Assembly: GCA_034421335.1 (NCBI GenBank)
Contig: DAOUKL010000030.1
Span: 8,753 to 72,752, forward strand
DNA from: Dehalococcoidia bacterium
Lineage (GTDB): Bacteria; Chloroflexota; Dehalococcoidia; Lucifugimonadales; Australimonadaceae
Reading direction: 5' to 3'
DNA length: 64,000 bases
Position 1 is the first letter of the stretch, and each line of letters begins with the position of its first letter. Below the pieces are notes generated by a model, which was given only the letters and a program-made list of their open reading frames with translations, ran no database searches and had not been told where the DNA came from. Positions 1 to 11,490 of this stretch are shown here, in pieces. Both the position numbers and the translations under genes were made by a program.

Positions 1-1137
1 GAAGTACGTTTGCAGGCGCTGGATTGCCGCCTCGTCCTCGGAGGACTGCAGGTAATCGCGGAGTTGATCCGGCGTTAGCTGGCTTTCCGCCCAGCCCTTC
101 CGCTCGCTCCAGAACGCATCCCTGTCGATGAAGATGCCGAGGTCATCATAGTTGGCGTAAAGGATGCTGAATAGATCGCATGCCTTGCTCACATCGACCC
201 AACGCACGGTTTGACTGGGCATATGCTCGATATGCTCGATACCGCTACCGACACGACCGCTACCCAGCCAAGGAGCAGCCACCCAACTTATTTCACTCGA
301 ACTCAAAGCCGTGAAAGCGCCATATCCGTCGCGCTCCAGGATGTCGAGGTCGGGCTTACAGATAAAATAGATGGATTTGGCCTTGCTCAGGAGCGCATCC
401 ACATAATCGCCCCTTTGGTAAGCCAATGCTGCCGTTAGATATTCCGAGAGGGACCGGATGCGAGGAAGCGTGTAGGCGTCAGATTCGTCGTAGTCCGCAT
501 AAGCTGACTCCAGACCTGCGCCGTCGCATCTGGCGAGCAGCGAGCGGACTTCGCGGTGCGTTTCCGGCCAGTCGTCTTCATAGTCCAGCAGGTACTCGAC
601 CAGGAGCGTCGCCGCGCGAATGATGAGGGCGGTGATCAGCTCGTCGCCCCGCTCGTTTGCGTCCGGCTGATAGGAAGTGTCCGGGAGTTTGAGAGCCCTC
701 AGCCGCTCCAACATGTCAGGAATAGGAGGATAGATGGGCGCACCGACCTCCACCACCAGAGATGGTATCCACACCTCTTCTCTGGATCCGACACTGTTCA
801 GAGGGGGAGGTGGGGGCTCCCCGGGGCCCAACCAACGTTTCTTCTGATGATAGTGTACTGGGCAGTGCTCAAATAGCGAATTGAATAGCCCAATAGCAAC
901 GCCAATCAGTTCCGACGCTATGCGCTCATCATTGTTCTCGTTTGCACCGACAACACTAGCAATGCGAAATAATTCGCTATACCGACTTACGAGTGGGCCG
1001 ATGTCTCTATCCGCGGTCGCCGCACGACGAAATTCTTCCCTAGGCTCCTCTAGAAGCCTATTCATCTCCCTTACTACGTCCGAACTCGTTAGGGCTTCGT
1101 AGAGCCCCAACGCCTCCCAGAACCGCTCGTACGCCAT
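1..1137 (-). CDS. Hypothetical protein, partial (>=379 aa, runs off the left edge), lower GC than neighbours
   Basis: Manually read frame: ATG at 1137 (MAYERFWEALGLYEALTSSDVVREMNRLLEEP...) with no stop down to position 1. Starts 4 nt after the ispG stop. Missing from the track because no stop lies in the window. Confidence 0.75.
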   Translation of the reverse strand, partial: MAYERFWEALGLYEALTSSDVVREMNRLLEEPREEFRRAATADRDIGPLVSRYSELFRIASVVGANENNDERIASELIGVAIGLFNSLFEHCPVHYHQKKRWLGPGEPPPPPLNSVGSREEVWIPSLVVEVGAPIYPPIPDMLERLRALKLPDTSYQPDANERGDELITALIIRAATLLVEYLLDYEDDWPETHREVRSLLARCDGAGLESAYADYDESDAYTLPRIRSLSEYLTAALAYQRGDYVDALLSKAKSIYFICKPDLDILERDGYGAFTALSSSEISWVAAPWLGSGRVGSGIEHIEHMPSQTVRWVDVSKACDLFSILYANYDDLGIFIDRDAFWSERKGWAESQLTPDQLRDYLQSSEDEAAIQRLQTYF

Positions 1138-1141
1138 CCCC

Positions 1142-2293
1142 CTACGCCCCTACCGACTCCATCTCGGCGGCGACGGCCTCGACCTCTTCGAGGAGGGCCG
1201 TGAGCATGTCGGCCTCCTCGACGATGCGGGCCTTGCGGCCCTTGCGGAAAATGACGGCCCGGCCCGCGCCGGCGGCGATGCCCACGTCGGCGTCCTTCGC
1301 CTCGCCGGGGCCGTTCACCTCGCAGCCCATCACGGCGACCTTCACGCTCGTCTCCATGCCCTTCAGCATGTCGTCGACGGTGTTCGCCAGCTTGCGGATG
1401 TCGACGTCGGCGCGCCCGCACGAGGGGCAGGCGACCATCTGCGCGCCCTTCTTGCGAAGGTCGAGCGCCTTCAGAATCTCGTAGCCGACCTCGACCTCCT
1501 CGCGGGACTCGTCGCTGAGCGACACGCGAATGGTGTCGCCGATGCCCTCGTACAGCAGCATTCCGAGGCCGATGGCGCTGCGGACGGAGCCGGAGCGCGC
1601 CGTGCCCGCCTCGGTGATGCCGAGGTGGAACGGGTAGGGCACCATCGGCGCGAGTTTGCGGTAGGCCTCGACGGTGGTGTCGATGTCGTACGCCTTCAGC
1701 GAAATCTTGATGAGGTCGAAGTCGAGGTCTTCAAGCACCTGGATCTCCCAGAGGCCGGTGGCGACCATGTGGTCGACCGTCGAGACCTCCTCGCCCTCGC
1801 CGGAGGCTTCGGAGCCCTTGGCGAGCCGGTTGACGCCGTCGTCGTGGCGATGCTGCCCTCGCGTGACGCCGATGGCGCCGACGGGCGGCAGGCTTCCGAA
1901 GTTGACGCCGATGCGGATGGGGACCTGGCGCGCCTTCGCCTCTCGCACCACCTGCCGCACCTTCTCCGCGTCGCGGATGTTGCCGGGGTTCAGGCGCAGG
2001 CAGTCCACGCCCTGGTTGAGGGCTTCCAACGCCAACTGGTAGTGGAAGTGGATGTCGGCGACGATGGGAATCCCGACCTGGCGCTTGATGGCGCCGAGCG
2101 CCTGCGCGGCCTCCATGTCGGGGACGGCGCAGCGGATGATTTCGCAGCCGACCTCTTCGAGCTCGCGTATCTGGCGGGCGGTCGCCTCCACGTTGCGCGT
2201 GTCGGTCTTGGTCATCGACTGCACGCTGATGGGGGCGTCTCCGCCGACCTTCACGTCGCCCACCCAAACCGGTTTGGTCATTCGGCGTCGCAT
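1142..2293 (-). CDS. ispG: 4-hydroxy-3-methylbut-2-en-1-yl diphosphate synthase (flavodoxin/ferredoxin)
   Basis: VGGDAPISVQSMT, IVADIHF, LRLNPGNI, HLGITEAG, CPSCGR and VMGCEVNGPGEA motifs; MEP-cluster context. Confidence 0.97.
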   Translation of the reverse strand: MRRRMTKPVWVGDVKVGGDAPISVQSMTKTDTRNVEATARQIRELEEVGCEIIRCAVPDMEAAQALGAIKRQVGIPIVADIHFHYQLALEALNQGVDCLRLNPGNIRDAEKVRQVVREAKARQVPIRIGVNFGSLPPVGAIGVTRGQHRHDDGVNRLAKGSEASGEGEEVSTVDHMVATGLWEIQVLEDLDFDLIKISLKAYDIDTTVEAYRKLAPMVPYPFHLGITEAGTARSGSVRSAIGLGMLLYEGIGDTIRVSLSDESREEVEVGYEILKALDLRKKGAQMVACPSCGRADVDIRKLANTVDDMLKGMETSVKVAVMGCEVNGPGEAKDADVGIAAGAGRAVIFRKGRKARIVEEADMLTALLEEVEAVAAEMESVGA

Positions 2294-2379
2294 CGTTCTT
2301 CTCCTCCGTCAGGCGGCTGCGAACTCTATTGTACTCCGCCCGTCTCGCCCCCTCCGCCCCTCGGGGAGAACAAAGTTAG

Positions 2380-2430
2380 GCGCTTACGCGCAAACCCTCT
2401 CCCCAGCCCTCCCCCGTCTTTCGGGGGAGG
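2380..2430. repeat. REP-like palindromic element (CCCTCTCCCCAGCCCTCCCCC...GGGGGAGG family)
   Basis: Near-identical copy in the opposite orientation at 60851-60914; intergenic hairpin. Confidence 0.7.
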
Positions 2431-2473
2431 CGGTCAGACCGCCCGGCGCGCAGGCGCTTCCCCAGGGGGTTCG

Positions 2474-3775
2474 TTACTCGCCGAAGATGCTGCCTCCGGC
2501 TATCACCCGCTGAATGTCGTTCACCGAGATGGCCACGATCATCGCGACGAGCGCCGCAAACCCGATGAGGTGCGCCATTCGCTCCTTCCCGGGAGCAAGC
2601 CGGCGCCCTCCGCGGGCCAGTTCGAGCAACACCAGCGCTATCCGCCCGCCGTCGAGCGCGGGAATCGGCAGCAGGTTGATGATGGCGAGGTTCATCGACA
2701 GCAGCGCCGTCCATGTAACGAGCGGACTGAGGCCGGCGCGCGTAATCTCGTTCGTCGCCTGCGCGATGCCCACCGGCCCCGACAGCTCGATCCGCCCCGC
2801 TCCGCCCAGCCAGCGCGAGACCTCGTTGCGGAACAGCACGAGGACCTCCCACATCTGGCGAAGGCTCGACCCCACGGCCCCGACCGGCCCCTGCGACCGC
2901 GACTCCGTGGGCCGCGCCTGCACAGTCAGGCCATCGAGCCCGCCGGCCTCCGGCGGCAACTCCAGCGTAACGAGCGTCCCCCGCCGGAGCACGTCGATCC
3001 GGACCGGTGAACCCGGCGACGCCGCGAGGGCCGCCGTCACAACCGCCTCCGGGTCGCCCTCGTTGAGCACGCGCGAGCCGCCGACACGCAGCAGCAGGTC
3101 GCCTTCCTGCAGTCCGGCAACCGCGGCCCCCGTTCCCGGCGCCGCAGCCGCAACCGTCAGCCGGCCCTCCGACAGCAGGACGCCGACGGCGCCCTCGCCC
3201 GGCGGTGGGGCGACCCGCGCCTCGGGTATCCGCACCTCGACGAGCCTGCCCTGGCGCTCAACCTCTAACGTGACGTCGGCCCCAAGCCGCAGCTGGATCG
3301 CCTTCTGCAGCGTCGTCGAATTGTCGACGGGGCGCCCGCTCGCCGTTCGCACCACGTCGCCGGGGAGCACGCCCGCCTCCTGCGCCGGCGACCCGGGCGC
3401 CACTCCCAGCACTGCTACGTCCGTAACGACGACTTGCTGTGGCGTGAGGAAAAGGGCGGTGAACAGCAGCACCGGGAGGAGCGCGTTCATCCCCGAACCC
3501 GCCCCCAGGATGGCGAGGCGGCGCCACGCGCTCTTCGCCGCGAAGCTCTCCGGTCCGCGCGGGTCCTCCTCCCCTAACAGCCGCACGAACCCGCCGAGCG
3601 GCAGCAGGTTGAGCGAGTACAGGGTGCCCCCTCGCGTGAAACTGAACAGGCGGGGCGGGTAGCCGACTCCGAACTCCAGCACCCGCACGCCGGACAGCTT
3701 CGCCACGGCGAAGTGGCCCAACTCGTGCACGACCACGAGCACAACCAGCACCGCGATGAAGGCGAGGATGCCCAC
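2474..3775 (-). CDS. rseP: RIP (site-2) zinc metalloprotease RseP with PDZ domains
   Basis: HELGH, NLLPLGGFVRL and NLLPIPALDGG motifs; start trimmed to GTG 3775; lies between dxr and ispG. Confidence 0.95.
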   Translation of the reverse strand: MGILAFIAVLVVLVVVHELGHFAVAKLSGVRVLEFGVGYPPRLFSFTRGGTLYSLNLLPLGGFVRLLGEEDPRGPESFAAKSAWRRLAILGAGSGMNALLPVLLFTALFLTPQQVVVTDVAVLGVAPGSPAQEAGVLPGDVVRTASGRPVDNSTTLQKAIQLRLGADVTLEVERQGRLVEVRIPEARVAPPPGEGAVGVLLSEGRLTVAAAAPGTGAAVAGLQEGDLLLRVGGSRVLNEGDPEAVVTAALAASPGSPVRIDVLRRGTLVTLELPPEAGGLDGLTVQARPTESRSQGPVGAVGSSLRQMWEVLVLFRNEVSRWLGGAGRIELSGPVGIAQATNEITRAGLSPLVTWTALLSMNLAIINLLPIPALDGGRIALVLLELARGGRRLAPGKERMAHLIGFAALVAMIVAISVNDIQRVIAGGSIFGE

Positions 3776-3788
3776 GCCCGCGCCGCCG

Positions 3789-4895
3789 CTAGCCGCCGGG
3801 GGCGACGGCGTCCGCCTGTCGCCGCGCCCACTCGTCCGCCTCCAGCACCGCCTCCGGCGTCGCGACGTCGAACGGCTCGTGGCGTTCGAGCACGCCCTCG
3901 ACGACCCGCCGGATGTCGCCGAAACCGATGCGTCCGCCGAGGAACATGTGCACCGCTTCCTCATCCGCCGCGCTCAGCACCGACGGATAGCTCCGCTGCT
4001 TGCGTCCCGCCTCGACGCCGAGCGCGAAGCACGGGTAGCGCGCAGCGTCCATCTCCTCGAACGTGAGCGACGGGTATGCGAGCGGGTTGTACTTCGCGAG
4101 CGACGCATTGGGCGCCCTCGCCGGGTACGTCAGCGCGACCTGGATGGGCAGCCGCATGTCCGGCGGGCCCATCTGGGCCTTCACCGAGCCGTCCGCGAAC
4201 TCCACCATCGAGTGAATGACGCTCTGCGGGTGCACCACGACGTCGATCTGCTCGAACGGCATGTCGAACAGCCACCGGCTCTCGATGACCTCGAACGCCT
4301 TGTTCATCAGCGTCGAGGAGTCGACCGTGATTTTCCGGCCCATCACCCACGTCGGGTGCGCGAGCGCTTCCGCCGGCGTCACGCTCGCTATCTCGTCGAG
4401 CGGACGCTTGCGGAACGGCCCGCCGGACGCCGTGATGATGAGCCTGCTCACCGGCTCGTGCTCCCCGCGCAGGCACTGCCAGATGGCCGACGGCTCGCTG
4501 TCCACGGGCAGGAGCGGCGCGCCGTGCTCGGCGGCGGCGCGGGCGACCATTTCGCCGGCCATCACGATGACTTCCTTGTTCGAGAGGGCGACCTCCTTGC
4601 CGGCGTGCAGTGCGTTGAGCGTCGGGGCCAGCCCCGCCCGGCCCGTCGTCGCCACCATCACGACATCGACGTCCGGCGCGACGACCATCTCCTCCATCGG
4701 CGTCAGCCGCGCGTCGCCGACGGCCTCCGGCCAGGTCATGCGCGGAGCGAACTCCGCGGCCTGACGCCTCAGCAGGTCGACGTTGCGCCCTACGGCGAGT
4801 CCGACGACGTTGAACTCGCCGGGCAGCGTCCGGACGACGTCCAGCGTCTGGGTTCCAATCGAGCCCGTTGAGCCAAGCACTACGAGGTTCTTCAT
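3789..4895 (-). CDS. dxr: 1-deoxy-D-xylulose-5-phosphate reductoisomerase
   Basis: LGSTGSIGTQTLDV, LLPVDSEPSAIWQ, ITASGGPFR, HPTWVMGRKITVDS; start at ATG 4895. Confidence 0.97.
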   Translation of the reverse strand: MKNLVVLGSTGSIGTQTLDVVRTLPGEFNVVGLAVGRNVDLLRRQAAEFAPRMTWPEAVGDARLTPMEEMVVAPDVDVVMVATTGRAGLAPTLNALHAGKEVALSNKEVIVMAGEMVARAAAEHGAPLLPVDSEPSAIWQCLRGEHEPVSRLIITASGGPFRKRPLDEIASVTPAEALAHPTWVMGRKITVDSSTLMNKAFEVIESRWLFDMPFEQIDVVVHPQSVIHSMVEFADGSVKAQMGPPDMRLPIQVALTYPARAPNASLAKYNPLAYPSLTFEEMDAARYPCFALGVEAGRKQRSYPSVLSAADEEAVHMFLGGRIGFGDIRRVVEGVLERHEPFDVATPEAVLEADEWARRQADAVAPGG

Positions 4896-4922
4896 GCCGC
4901 CCTCCGCCCTGCCCATAGCCTA

Positions 4923-5612
4923 TCAGGCGGGCCAGACTTGCGCCGCCGCGTAGACGACCACAAACACGGGCAACAGACTGTCGAGGCGATCGAGGAGCCC
5001 CCCGTGCCCGGGAATCAGCGCGCCGGAGTCCTTCACGCCCGCCTTTCGCTTCAACCACGACTCGAGCAAATCGCCGGCCTGCGCGGCGACGCCGACGCCC
5101 ACCCCCAGCGCAACTGCGGGGAGCAGGCGGCTCTCGACGCCTTCGAGGAGAGCGACGAGCGCAACGGACGCGGCGACGGCGCCGAGCAGGCCGCCGGCAG
5201 CGCCTTCCCACGTCTTGCCGGGCGAGACGGTCGGGGCCATGCGGCGGCGCCCGGCGAGTCTCCCGACGACGTAGGCGCTCGTGTCCGTCGCGAATGTTGC
5301 GAGGAACGCCAGCGCCGTCCATTGCAGGCCGGCGTCGCCGAGCCGCAGGGAGATGAGCGCGGCGAACGGGAGAACGACGTATGCGGCGCCCGACAGGGCG
5401 AATGCGCCGTCGCGCAGGGCCGGTCCCGGGCCGCGCAGAGCCCGGGCGCGGCGGAGCAGGTCCAGCATCTCGCGGAGAGCCAGCACGGCGGTCGCCGAGG
5501 CGACGCCTATGAACCATGGCCCTCCCGCCCAGAGCACGAGGAAGAGGACCGGCAGGCCCACGGCGGCGCTGACGAGGCGAGTGCGCAGTTCGGACCGGGG
5601 CGCGCCGGCCAT
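4923..5612 (-). CDS. cdsA: Phosphatidate cytidylyltransferase
   Basis: SPGKTWEG, GDLLESWLKRKAGVKDSG and PGHGGLLDRLDS motifs. Confidence 0.95.
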   Translation of the reverse strand: MAGAPRSELRTRLVSAAVGLPVLFLVLWAGGPWFIGVASATAVLALREMLDLLRRARALRGPGPALRDGAFALSGAAYVVLPFAALISLRLGDAGLQWTALAFLATFATDTSAYVVGRLAGRRRMAPTVSPGKTWEGAAGGLLGAVAASVALVALLEGVESRLLPAVALGVGVGVAAQAGDLLESWLKRKAGVKDSGALIPGHGGLLDRLDSLLPVFVVVYAAAQVWPA

Positions 5613-6352
5613 CAGTCTTCTTTCGGAAGCGCTCCGAACCGGCGGGACCGCCGCCGGTACTCGGCGAGCGCCTGCTCAACCTCCGCGCCGTCGAAGTCCG
5701 GCCAGTACGTGGAGGTCTGGTAGTACTCGCTGTAGGCGGCCTGCCAGATGAGGAAGTTGCTCAGCCGCTGCTCGCCCGCCGTGCGGATGATTAGGTCGGG
5801 GTCGGGCACGTCCGGCAGGCACAGGTTCGCCCGCACCAGCTCCTCCGTAACGTCCTCGGGGGCCGCGCCGGCCGCGACTATTCCCCGCACCGCCTCCACG
5901 ATCTCCGCGCGGCCTCCGTAGTTGAGCGCCACGCATAGCTCGAGGCCCGTGTTGTCCGCGGTGAGCGCGACGGCGTCCTCGATGGCGTCGGCGATGTCCG
6001 GCGGCAGCTGGCGCCGCGCGCCCATGTGCCGGATGCGGACGTTGCGCCGGTGAAGCTCCTCCGTCTCCTGGCTGATGGCGTAGCGCAGGAGAGCGAAGAG
6101 GCTGTCGACCTCGCCGTTGGGCCGGCGCCAGTTCTCCGTGGAGAACGCGAAAAGAGTCAGGAACTCCACGCCCGCCAGGTGCATCGCCTGTACGACCGGG
6201 CGGAGGTTGCGTGTCCCAGCCTCGTGGCCCTCCAGGCGGGAAAGCCCGCGCTCGGCAGCCCAGCGGCCGTTGCCGTCCATGATGATGGCGACGTGGCGCG
6301 GCGACGACGTCGCGCTGCTCGGCGCCTGCTCGCGGGAAGAGCCGATGGTCAC
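5612..6352 (-). CDS. uppS: Undecaprenyl/polyprenyl diphosphate synthase
   Basis: HVAIIMDGNGRWA, AFSTENWRRP, NYGGRAEI, DLIIRTAGEQRLSNFLIWQ. Confidence 0.97.
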   Translation of the reverse strand: MTIGSSREQAPSSATSSPRHVAIIMDGNGRWAAERGLSRLEGHEAGTRNLRPVVQAMHLAGVEFLTLFAFSTENWRRPNGEVDSLFALLRYAISQETEELHRRNVRIRHMGARRQLPPDIADAIEDAVALTADNTGLELCVALNYGGRAEIVEAVRGIVAAGAAPEDVTEELVRANLCLPDVPDPDLIIRTAGEQRLSNFLIWQAAYSEYYQTSTYWPDFDGAEVEQALAEYRRRSRRFGALPKED

Positions 6353-6356
6353 GCGC

Positions 6357-6929
6357 CTAGACCTCCATCAATTCGGCCTCTTTCTTCGAGGCCACTTCGT
6401 CAGCGAGGGCGATGTGCGCGTCCGTTATCTTCTGCAGCGCGTCCTGCTCCCTGTGCAGGTCGTCCTGCGAAATCTCCTTGTTCTTCTCGAGGCTCCGCAG
6501 GTGCTCCAGCGCGTCGCGCCGGATGTTGCGCACGGCGACGTGCGCGTCCTCCTGCTGCCGCTTCAGGCGCTTCACCATCTCCCGCCGGCGTTCCTGCGTC
6601 ATCGCGGGGATCGGCAACCGGATGACCGACCCGTCGATGTTCGGCGTCAGCCCGAGGTCCGCCTTTTGCAGCCCCTTGCCGATGACGTTCAGGGCGTTCT
6701 TGTCGAACGGCTGCACCATCAGGAGACGCGGGTCCGGCGCCGTCACCGTCGCCAGTTGATTGAGCGGCATCTCCGTCCCGTACGCCTCGATGCGCACCGA
6801 ATCGAGCATCGACGGGTTCGCCCGGCCAGTGCGGATGCTGTCCGACTCGTGCCGCAGCACTTCCACGCTCTTGTCCATGCGCTCGGCGGCGTCTTCCAGG
6901 ATCAGTTCGACTTCCTCGTTCTCAGCCAT
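6357..6929 (-). CDS. frr: Ribosome recycling factor
   Basis: IRTGRANPSML, LGLTPNIDGSVIRLPIP, VAVRNIRRDA; start at ATG 6929. Confidence 0.97.
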   Translation of the reverse strand: MAENEEVELILEDAAERMDKSVEVLRHESDSIRTGRANPSMLDSVRIEAYGTEMPLNQLATVTAPDPRLLMVQPFDKNALNVIGKGLQKADLGLTPNIDGSVIRLPIPAMTQERRREMVKRLKRQQEDAHVAVRNIRRDALEHLRSLEKNKEISQDDLHREQDALQKITDAHIALADEVASKKEAELMEV

Positions 6930-6972
6930 GGTCGAGGACCTCTCTTCTAGGCATCGCCTTTGGGCCGGGGAG

Positions 6973-8256
<1,284 letters not shown>

Positions 8257-9138
8257 TTACGTCTCGCCGGCGCTGGGCTCCTCGGCCTCGACGCCCGCCT
8301 CATCCGCCGTCGCTTCCGCCGTTTCCGCCTCGGCCTCCTCGTCGTCAACCGGCTCGCTCAGCGGCTCCTCTCCCACTGCGCTGTACCCGCCTCGCGTCGC
8401 GAGCCACTGGTTGTGGCCGTCCAGCGCCGCGCGCGCAATGTGGCTCGACACCAGCCGTATCGACCGGATCGCGTCGTCATTCCCCGGCACAGGCCAGCTT
8501 ATCGGCGTCGGATTGCAGTCCGTGTCGACCAACGCGATGATCGGCACCCCGGCCCGCTCCGCCTCCGCCACTGCGATGTTCTCCCGCCCCACGTCGACGA
8601 TGAACATTGCGCCGGGCAGGCCGGTCATCTCCTTGATGCCGCCCAGGTAGCGATTGAGCTTCACGATGGAGGCTTCGAGCTTCAGCGCCTCCTTCTTAGG
8701 CAGGCGCGAAAACTCGCCGCGCGCCTGCCGCTCCTCGAGCCGCACCAGGTAGTCGATGCGCTTCTCGATGGTGGCGAAGTTCGTGAGGGTGCCGCCCAGC
8801 CACCGCTGGTTGACAAAGTACTGCCCGGCGCGCATCGCCTCCTCGCGGATGGCGTCCTGCGCCTGCTTCTTCGTGCCCACCATCAGGATGCGCTTGCCGC
8901 TCGCGGTCACCTCGCGCGCAAACTCGCACGCCTGCTCCAGCAGGCCCATCGTCTGCTGCAAGTCGACTATGTGAATGCCGTTTCGCTGCGCAAAGATGAA
9001 CCGCCGCATCTGCGGGTTCCACCTGTGCGTCTGGTGACCGAAATGGACGCCCGCTTCGAGCAACGACTTCATGCTGAGGGGCTCGTCTCCCTGAGGAGGG
9101 GTTTCTCGCGCGGGAATGGGCGGTGCTTGCTGGACCAT
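8257..9138 (-). CDS. rpsB: 30S ribosomal protein S2
   Basis: [30 protein letters not shown]; alternative start at 9072. Confidence 0.98.
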   Translation of the reverse strand: MVQQAPPIPARETPPQGDEPLSMKSLLEAGVHFGHQTHRWNPQMRRFIFAQRNGIHIVDLQQTMGLLEQACEFAREVTASGKRILMVGTKKQAQDAIREEAMRAGQYFVNQRWLGGTLTNFATIEKRIDYLVRLEERQARGEFSRLPKKEALKLEASIVKLNRYLGGIKEMTGLPGAMFIVDVGRENIAVAEAERAGVPIIALVDTDCNPTPISWPVPGNDDAIRSIRLVSSHIARAALDGHNQWLATRGGYSAVGEEPLSEPVDDEEAEAETAEATADEAGVEAEEPSAGET

Positions 9139-9204
9139 GGGCCTGCCTTTCTGTCGATCTGAGATATCCCGCGGGGCTCGACGTTCCCCGCGACTGCGAG
9201 GGGG

Positions 9205-9213
9205 ATTCTACCA
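9205..9213 (-). promoter_or_regulatory. Putative extended -10 promoter (TGgTAGAAT) of the rpsB operon
   Basis: Reverse strand reads ggctgTGGTAGAATcccc about 70 nt upstream of rpsB. Confidence 0.45.
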
Positions 9214-9271
9214 CAGCCGCGCCCTGCCCTCTCCCCCGGGGAGAGTCCCGCGAGGGACCGATGGCCTCGCC

Positions 9272-9787
9272 CTAGTAGTGAATCAGCGCCACGATGTCCC
9301 GGCCGCCCAGGCGGGCGCGACCGCCGAGGGCGTCCAGTTCGATGAGTGTGGCGACGCCCGCGACTTCCGCGCCCGAGCGGGTCACCAGTTCAATGGCCGC
9401 CGCCATCGTGCCTCCCGTCGCCAACACGTCGTCCACCACCAGGGCGCGGCGCCCCGGGGCCAGCGCGTCGATGTGCATCTCGATTGCCGCGGCGCCGTAC
9501 TCCAGCGAGTACTCCGCAGAGTAAGTCTCGTACGGCAGTTTCCCCCGCTTGCGGATTGGCACGAGTCCCGCGCCGAGCGCGACGGCCAGCGGCGCTCCGA
9601 GCAGGTAACCCCGCGCCTCAATGGCCACCACCCGGTCGATGGCGGCGTCCCGGAACGGCGCCGCCAGGTCGTCGACCGCGGCGCGAAGCGCGGAAGCGTC
9701 GCCCAGCAGTGGCGTGATGTCGCGGAAGAGAATGCCCGGCGTCGGAAAGTCCGGGATGTCGCGGATGAGGTGCTCGTAAGCGGCCAT
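9272..9787 (-). CDS. apt: Adenine phosphoribosyltransferase
   Basis: IRDIPDFPTPGILFRDITPLL, IEARG, VVDDVLATGGT; start at ATG 9787. Confidence 0.96.
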   Translation of the reverse strand: MAAYEHLIRDIPDFPTPGILFRDITPLLGDASALRAAVDDLAAPFRDAAIDRVVAIEARGYLLGAPLAVALGAGLVPIRKRGKLPYETYSAEYSLEYGAAAIEMHIDALAPGRRALVVDDVLATGGTMAAAIELVTRSGAEVAGVATLIELDALGGRARLGGRDIVALIHY

Positions 9788-9893
9788 AGGGCGCCCCAGT
9801 ATAGCGGGCTCTCCCCAAGGAGCGATGAAAAGGCGTACACTAGTTGCGCCCGGAACGCCCGTCCCAACGGCGAGCGTCCGCGCGGAGCGCCCC

Positions 9894-11480
9894 ATGGCCA
9901 ACGTTTCCCTGTACGACACCACCCTGCGCGACGGCACGCAGATGGAAGGCGTGAGCTTGTCGGCGTTCGACAAACTCCGCATCGCCGAGCGCCTCGACCA
10001 ACTCGGCGTCCATTTCATTGAGGGCGGCTGGCCCGGCTCCAACGCAACGGACAAGGAGTTCTTCCAGCGAGCGAGGTCGCTCCCGCTGCAGCATGCCGCC
10101 ATCGTCGCTTTCGGCAGCACCCGCCGCGCCAACACGACCGCCGAGGCCGACGACAACATCAAGGCTCTGCTCGATAGCGAAGCCTCCGTCGTCACCCTCG
10201 TGGGCAAGGCCTCCGAGGACCAGGCGACGCGCGCCCTCGGAACCTCCCTCGATGAAAACCTCGCCATGATCCGCGACTCCGTCGCCTACCTGAAGGACAA
10301 GGGCCGCCGCGTCTTCTTCGACGCCGAGCACTTCTTCGACGGCTACCGCGCGAACCCCGAGTACTCCCTCCAGTGCATCCGTACCGCCGCAGAGGCCGGC
10401 GCTGAGTACGTCGTCCTCTGCGACACGAACGGCGGCACGATGCCCATCGACGTGTTCGCCACCGTCAAGGCGGTCAGCCAGGCGGTCGATTGCCCGCTCG
10501 GCATCCACGCCCACAACGATTCCGACGTGGCGGTCGCCAACACCATCGCCGCCATCGAGGCGGGCGCCACGCAGGCGCAGGCGTCCATCAACGGCTACGG
10601 CGAGCGCTGCGGGAACGCCAACCTTCTCTCCGTGATCGCCAACCTCAAACTGAAACTCGGCATCGACGTCGTCACGGACGAGCAGCTCAGCGGCCTCACC
10701 GAAGTCCACCGCTTCACCGCCGAAATCGCCAACATGCCCCGCGACCGCTACCAGCCCTACGTCGGCGAAAGCGCCTTCGCCCATAAGGGGGGCCTCCACG
10801 TCTCGGCGGTGATCAAAGACGAGGCGATGTACCAGCACGTCCAACCCGAACTGGTCGGCAACGCCAACCACATCGTCATCTCCGAGCTCTCGGGGCGCAG
10901 TAACGTCGCCATCAAACTCGAAGAGGTCGGCCTCGCCGCCGATGTTCCCAGGGAACGCCACGCCGAACTGCTGATGCGGTTGAAGGAGCGCGAGAGCCAG
11001 GGCTTCCAGTACGACGGCGCCGAGGCGTCGTTCAGCCTGCTAGTTCGTCGGACGTTGCCGGACTACAAGGCCCCGTTCGAACTGGTCGACCTCATGGTGG
11101 TAATGGAGAAGCGACGGCGCGAGAGCAGTTCCGGCGACGACTCTCTCTGCGAGGCCGTCGTCAAACTCGCTGTCGACGGCGACGTCCTCCACACGGTCGC
11201 GGCGGGCAACGGTCCCGTCAACGCGCTCGACCAGGCAATGCGCAAGGCGTTGCTGGAGTCCTACCCGCGCCTCCACCGCGTCAAGCTCACCGACTACAAG
11301 GTCCGCGTCGTGCCGCTCGGCCCGGAGAGCGACGGCACCGGCGCCGTCGTCCGAGTCCTCGTCGATTCAACCGACGGCGAGCGCGCCTGGTCCACCGTCG
11401 GCGCGTCCACGAACATCATCGAAGCCTCCTGGCAGGCGCTCGCCGACAGCCTCGAGTACGCGCTGCTGCTTCCCGCGTAG
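9894..11480 (+). CDS. cimA: Citramalate synthase (LeuA/CimA family)
   Basis: YDTTLRDGTQMEG, FIEGGWPGSN, FDAEHFFDGY, HAHND, HKGGLHVSAV, GNGPVNALD, DYKVR. Confidence 0.9.
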   Translation: MANVSLYDTTLRDGTQMEGVSLSAFDKLRIAERLDQLGVHFIEGGWPGSNATDKEFFQRARSLPLQHAAIVAFGSTRRANTTAEADDNIKALLDSEASVVTLVGKASEDQATRALGTSLDENLAMIRDSVAYLKDKGRRVFFDAEHFFDGYRANPEYSLQCIRTAAEAGAEYVVLCDTNGGTMPIDVFATVKAVSQAVDCPLGIHAHNDSDVAVANTIAAIEAGATQAQASINGYGERCGNANLLSVIANLKLKLGIDVVTDEQLSGLTEVHRFTAEIANMPRDRYQPYVGESAFAHKGGLHVSAVIKDEAMYQHVQPELVGNANHIVISELSGRSNVAIKLEEVGLAADVPRERHAELLMRLKERESQGFQYDGAEASFSLLVRRTLPDYKAPFELVDLMVVMEKRRRESSSGDDSLCEAVVKLAVDGDVLHTVAAGNGPVNALDQAMRKALLESYPRLHRVKLTDYKVRVVPLGPESDGTGAVVRVLVDSTDGERAWSTVGASTNIIEASWQALADSLEYALLLPA

Positions 11481-11490
11481 CTTCGCGGTC

